Below are positions 31,112-32,000 of a stretch of 32,000 bases of DNA, one piece after another; position 1 is the stretch's first letter, and every line of letters begins with the position of its first letter. The notes under the pieces are model-generated. The model did no database searches. It saw only the letters and a program-made list of their open reading frames with translations, and was not told the origin of the DNA. Source of the DNA: Opitutales bacterium (GTDB lineage Bacteria > Verrucomicrobiota > Verrucomicrobiia > Opitutales > Coraliomargaritaceae); the NCBI GenBank assembly GCA_049606355.1, contig JBMYVL010000003.1, positions 150,001-182,000 on the forward strand. Direction: 5' to 3'. The position numbers and the translations under genes were made by a program.

Positions 31112-32000
31112 TCAGGCCTCAGCGCCAGCAGTGCCCATTTGGATCTTATACTCCACTGAATCGACCAAGGCCTCCCATGTGGCTTCGATAATATTATCAC
31201 TGGCGCCTACGGTCCCCCAAGTTTCACCGGTTCGGGTATCTTTGCTCTCAATCTGAACTCGAATGATCGCATCCGCGCCGTGCTGACTTTCCAAAATGCG
31301 CACCTTATAGTCGACCAACTCGACTTGCATGATCTCGGGGAATACCGGGGCGATTGCCTTGCGTAAGGCATGGTCGAGCGCGCCCACCGGACCGGTCGCT
31401 TCCGCAACCGTGTGATGTATTTCACCATTAATGCGAACCTGTACAGTGGCCTCCGAGACGACGCGTTCGAGGGCTGTTTGATGGCTCACCATCACGCGGT
31501 AGCCAACCAAATCAAAATCAGGCTGCTTGCCCTTAAGGAAGCGTGCGAGCAGCAATTGAAACGAGGCATCGGCCGCCTCATACTCGTAGCCTTTATACTC
31601 AAGCTCCTTTAACTGCCCTAAAAACTCTTTTAGTTCCGGTGCCCGCGCGTCGAGCTCCACCCCAATTTCCTTGGCCTTCATCATTACACTGCTGCGTCCA
31701 GACATATCAGAGACCAGCACGCGCGTGCGATTTCCGACAAGCTCCGGTTCAATGTGTTCGTAGCTATGCTTTACCTTAGCTGCTGCATCTGCGTGGACAC
31801 CGCCTTTGTGCGCGAATGCACTGGATCCGACAAAGGGTGCCTTGCTATCCGAAGCACGGTTGGCCATCTCATCAACGAAGAGGGCCAGGTCGCGCAATTT
31901 TGATAAATTCCCGCTACAAGCCATCGTGCGGTTCATTTTCAAGGACAAATTTGGAATCAGCGTCGTGAGGTTCGCATTTCCATTGCGCTCACCAACACCA
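31112..32000 (-). CDS. cimA: Citramalate synthase / 2-isopropylmalate-synthase family protein, C-terminal part (N-terminus beyond the right window edge)
   Basis: The frame stays open upstream of the track Met to the window edge. FVGSSAFAHKGGVHADAAAKVKHSYEHIEPELVGNRTRVLVSDMSGRSSVMMKA plus the C-terminal LeuA-dimer regulatory domain resemble CimA-type enzymes. CimA versus LeuA cannot be settled without the N-terminus or a phylogeny. Confidence 0.75.
   Translation of the reverse strand, partial: GVGERNGNANLTTLIPNLSLKMNRTMACSGNLSKLRDLALFVDEMANRASDSKAPFVGSSAFAHKGGVHADAAAKVKHSYEHIEPELVGNRTRVLVSDMSGRSSVMMKAKEIGVELDARAPELKEFLGQLKELEYKGYEYEAADASFQLLLARFLKGKQPDFDLVGYRVMVSHQTALERVVSEATVQVRINGEIHHTVAEATGPVGALDHALRKAIAPVFPEIMQVELVDYKVRILESQHGADAIIRVQIESKDTRTGETWGTVGASDNIIEATWEALVDSVEYKIQMGTAGAEA

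Overview
Most of this window is GC-rich chromosomal core (roughly 55-65% GC by eye) from a Gram-negative bacterium. The gene content (Tat-exported DUF1501 paired with DUF1800, a PEP-CTERM protein, LolDE, a TonB2-type cluster) suggests a Verrucomicrobiota/PVC-like organism, but that is inference only. Left to right the window holds: a Gfo/Idh/MocA oxidoreductase (cut by the edge), lolD and a lolC/E-type permease; a DUF1800/DUF1501 pair; tRNA-Met(CAT) with a terminator; tRNA-Ser(GGA); waaA(kdtA); ppk1; tRNA-Thr(CGT); a spermidine-synthase-like methyltransferase; an LpxH-like phosphoesterase; and a six-gene TonB2-type energiser cluster (DUF3450, long MotA/ExbB, ExbB, ExbD, TonB, TPR). Next comes an ~8.5 kb visibly AT-richer block (about 17.6-26.1 kb) carrying three orphan secreted proteins and a convergent operon of a 1126-aa TonB-dependent receptor, a 485-aa secreted protein and a PEP-CTERM protein. 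After it lie trpA, tRNA-Leu(CAG), a gamma-carbonic-anhydrase-like protein, feoA, feoB, a small Cys-rich membrane protein, a stand-alone GAF protein and the 3' part of a citramalate-synthase-like gene. The most interesting observation is that the AT-rich block is bracketed by a 24-nt direct repeat (23/24 identical). That repeat derives from a bidirectional terminator hairpin apparently once shared by the TPR gene and trpA, which gives an attL/attR-like signature without any integrase. Two tRNA genes (Ser, Leu) also have short partial copies of themselves nearby. I saw no CRISPR array, IS element, integrase, or recognisable defence or toxin genes. All calls come from reading the sequence and the ORF translations. 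No searches or computed statistics were run, and family names are from recalled motifs.
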